Part shown: positions 61,668 through 64,000 of the stretch, in pieces | Position numbering within the stretch: the first letter of the stretch is position 1 | Layout: each line of letters begins with the position of its first letter | Assembly: GCA_963422375.2 (NCBI GenBank) | Contig: OY729428.2 | Location: 3,520,001-3,584,000, forward strand | Direction of reading: 5' to 3' | Length of the DNA: 64,000 bases | Source: Bryobacterales bacterium | GTDB taxonomy: Bacteria; Acidobacteriota; Terriglobia; Bryobacterales; UBA6623 | Translations under genes and position numbers: made by a program | The notes under the pieces: generated by a model | What the model was told of the DNA's origin: nothing | The model's database searches: none | What the model saw: only the letters and a program-made list of their open reading frames with translations

Positions 61668-63245
61668 CTAGCGCCCGGCGACGAAGCTCTCCGAGTCTTC
61701 CAGCAGCTGCTGCGCCTCCGGCAGGGCCTCCACGGCCTTCTGCACTTCCGGATCCAGCTCGTAGTAGACGCGCTGCCCCTCCTCGATGTCGAAGGCGGAG
61801 TTGTAGACCTCGCGCTTGATGAACCGGCGCATGAACTCGACATTGGCCTCGAAGTCGGACGGCTCGAATTCGATCTGCTCCCCGATTAGGAACTGCCGGA
61901 ACTCCTCGATCACCTCGTCGGACGCGTCCCAGCCGGCGGGCAGGTCCGAATGCTCGCGGCTGTAGTCCTGGGCGAACGTGTCGATTGCGTAGTTCTGGGC
62001 CAGAATCCACTGGAAGTCGTTGCCGCGCTCCTCCTCGAACTCCATGTCGGGCGTGATGCCGCCGCCGGCGAAGACCTTGCGGCCCTTGTCCGTCTGCCGT
62101 ACGCCCTCGCGGATGGGCCGGTAGCCCTCGCTGCAGGGGTTGGTGTAGTAGTCGAGCATGGATACGCCGTCGTAGCGCCGCTGGATCAGGCGCCCGCTGG
62201 GCGTGTAGTACCGCGCCGTCGTCAGGGCGAGGCCCGAGGCCTCGGAGAGGGTGAAGACGGTCTGCACCAAGCCCTTGCCGAACGTGTTGCTTCCCACGAT
62301 CAGCGCGCGGTCGTGGTCCTGCAAGGCTCCGGCCACGATTTCCGACGCCGAGGCGGAGTTGCAGTTCACCATAACCACCATGGGATAGACGCGCCCGCCG
62401 TTGCCGCGACGCACGGTGTAGGTCCGCTCCCGCGAGGAACGCCCGTGGTGCGAGACGATCGTCTGGCCCTTCTCTAGGAACCGGTCCGAAACGCGGACGC
62501 CCTCGCTCAGCAGGCCGCCGCGGTTCCCGCGCAGGTCAAGCACCAAGCCGCTGAGATCCTTTGCGTTCAGCTTCGCCAGGGCCGCGTCGAGCTCCCTGCC
62601 CGTGTTCTCGTTGAAGGTGTCGATGCGCAGGAAGCCGACGCCGGGCCTGAGCTCGAAGGCCGTCGGGACGCTGGGCCGCGGGATCCTAGCGCGGGTGACG
62701 GTGAACTCCAGCAGCTCCTCGGATCCGCGACGGTCCACGCTGATGTTGACGGAAGTACTGGCCGGCCCTCGCAGCCGATCCGCGACCTCGCCCAGTTCCA
62801 AGCCCTCGACGTCCTTGCCGTCGACCTTGACGATGACATCGCCGGGCCGCAGTCCGGCCTTGTAGGCCGGCGTCCGCGGGAAGGGCGCGATGACGATGGT
62901 GCCGCCGTTGCGCGTGCCGATCTGCATGCCGACGCCGGCGTAGTGGCCCTTCTGGTCCTCGCGCAGCTGCTTGAAGGCCTCCGGGCTGAAGAACGAGGAA
63001 TGCGGATCGAGGGACCGCAGCATGCGCGGGATCGCGCCTTGGAACATGACATCGGACGCTTCCAGGCCGGCCGCGTAGTTGTCCTCGACCAAGGCGAGAA
63101 TCCTGGAGAACTGGCGAACGCTCTGCTGGATCTGCGTGTCGGCGGGCTCGGACGCCGCGTGCGCCCACGTGTTCCAGAAGAGGCCCGCGACGGCTACCGC
63201 GCATCCGAGCGCGACAAGCACGAGGGACCTTGCTCTGACGTTCAT
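61668..63245 (-). CDS. ctpA: Carboxyl-terminal processing protease, S41 family
   Basis: 'LDPHS', PDZ domain, 'LDLRGNRGG', 'SASASEI', 'FGKGLVQ', 'TARYYTPSGR'. Confidence 0.93.
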   Translation of the reverse strand: MNVRARSLVLVALGCAVAVAGLFWNTWAHAASEPADTQIQQSVRQFSRILALVEDNYAAGLEASDVMFQGAIPRMLRSLDPHSSFFSPEAFKQLREDQKGHYAGVGMQIGTRNGGTIVIAPFPRTPAYKAGLRPGDVIVKVDGKDVEGLELGEVADRLRGPASTSVNISVDRRGSEELLEFTVTRARIPRPSVPTAFELRPGVGFLRIDTFNENTGRELDAALAKLNAKDLSGLVLDLRGNRGGLLSEGVRVSDRFLEKGQTIVSHHGRSSRERTYTVRRGNGGRVYPMVVMVNCNSASASEIVAGALQDHDRALIVGSNTFGKGLVQTVFTLSEASGLALTTARYYTPSGRLIQRRYDGVSMLDYYTNPCSEGYRPIREGVRQTDKGRKVFAGGGITPDMEFEEERGNDFQWILAQNYAIDTFAQDYSREHSDLPAGWDASDEVIEEFRQFLIGEQIEFEPSDFEANVEFMRRFIKREVYNSAFDIEEGQRVYYELDPEVQKAVEALPEAQQLLEDSESFVAGR

Positions 63246-63429
63246 AGGGGGACTCGATATACCGCCCGCCGGGCGCGCCGGGGATCGGAACGAGTATAGC
63301 AACACGCTCGCGGGCTCTCGGCGTGCGACGCCCCGCGGGCCCGGACGCGCCTGAGACCGCGCGCGGCGCCGCCCCAACGCGCCGCTCCCGGCGGGAACTG
63401 CTCTACTATGGTAGTTTGGAGAGCGAATC

Positions 63430-63885
63430 GTGCAGAAACAGGCCAAGTTCGTCTTGATTGTGGCGGCCATCGTGGCCACCCTCGCTTGGATGGGCGTGAG
63501 CGGCGTGCGGGAGAGCGCCACGTACTACGTGACGCTGGATGAACTGCTCGCCTTGGACAACCCCGGCTCCAAGCGCATCCGGGTCGGCGGGGACGTCGCG
63601 GACGGATCGATCACGCGCCATGCCGACAGGGTGGAGTTCAGGCTCCACCAGCAGGACGAGACCATGCCGGCGCCGAAGACCCTCGATGTCGTCTACACGG
63701 GCGAAGACCCGCTGCCGGACACCTTCCGCGACAAGGCGCAGGCCCTGTGCGACGGCTTCCTGCGCACGGACGGCAAGTTCGAGGCGACGAAGATCCAAGC
63801 CAAGTGCGCGTCCAAGTACGAGGCGGAGCCCGAGGGCGGAGCGATGCCGACCTACGGCGCCGAGGCCTTGGGCGCGACGGACTAG
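63430..63885 (+). CDS. ccmE: Cytochrome c maturation heme chaperone CcmE (Cys type)
   Basis: 'YYVT', 'IRVGG.V', 'YTG..PDTF', 'AKCASKY' (CxxxY). Confidence 0.9.
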   Translation: MQKQAKFVLIVAAIVATLAWMGVSGVRESATYYVTLDELLALDNPGSKRIRVGGDVADGSITRHADRVEFRLHQQDETMPAPKTLDVVYTGEDPLPDTFRDKAQALCDGFLRTDGKFEATKIQAKCASKYEAEPEGGAMPTYGAEALGATD

Positions 63886-63934
63886 CCGTGCCTAGTGCAA
63901 GGGCCGGCCGGGGCGGGGGGAGTTCGGCAGCGCG

Positions 63935-64000
63935 ATGGAGAACCTAGGCTACCTCGCGGTCCTGCTGGCCTTCCTGCTGTCGGCCTACGCGGCCGCGGCA
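63935..64000 (+). CDS. ccmF: Probable start of heme lyase CcmF (3'-truncated by the window edge)
   Basis: MENLGYLAVLLAFLLSAYAAAA directly after ccmE. Confidence 0.6.
   Translation, partial: MENLGYLAVLLAFLLSAYAAAA

Overview
GC-rich bacterial window. The gene content suggests Acidobacteriota, possibly a host-associated Bryobacterales-like lineage (inference only): the tgt-yajC-secDF-tonB-exbB-exbD-exbD-TPR-relA cluster, DUF1549/1553-DUF1501-DUF1080 genes and a Cys-type CcmE. Most of it is housekeeping: amtB, relA, secDF, tgt, dnaE, tsaC, rarA, ilvB-ilvN-ilvC-cimA, psd-pssA-lptE, ctpA and ccmE-ccmF. Accessory material sits in between: (1) a desaturase plus HHxxxD acyltransferase pair; (2) a fused nuclease/N6-adenine methyltransferase gene broken by two short tandem duplications (4 and 5 bp); (3) an IS66 remnant next to a 255-bp MITE; (4) an RHH-MNT/HEPN toxin-antitoxin pair; (5) a complete IS1595 nested in the terminal repeat of a second MITE; (6) two inverted, CTAG-flanked, decayed IS1380 copies around an 822-codon surface-lipoprotein-like gene. 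That gene has an in-frame amber stop, Ser in place of the lipobox Cys, and a compositionally foreign 3' end. A candidate Ile/Leu/Val leader-peptide attenuator lies upstream of ilvB. I recognised no CRISPR array, rRNA or tRNA. All calls come from reading motifs by eye; no database search was run.
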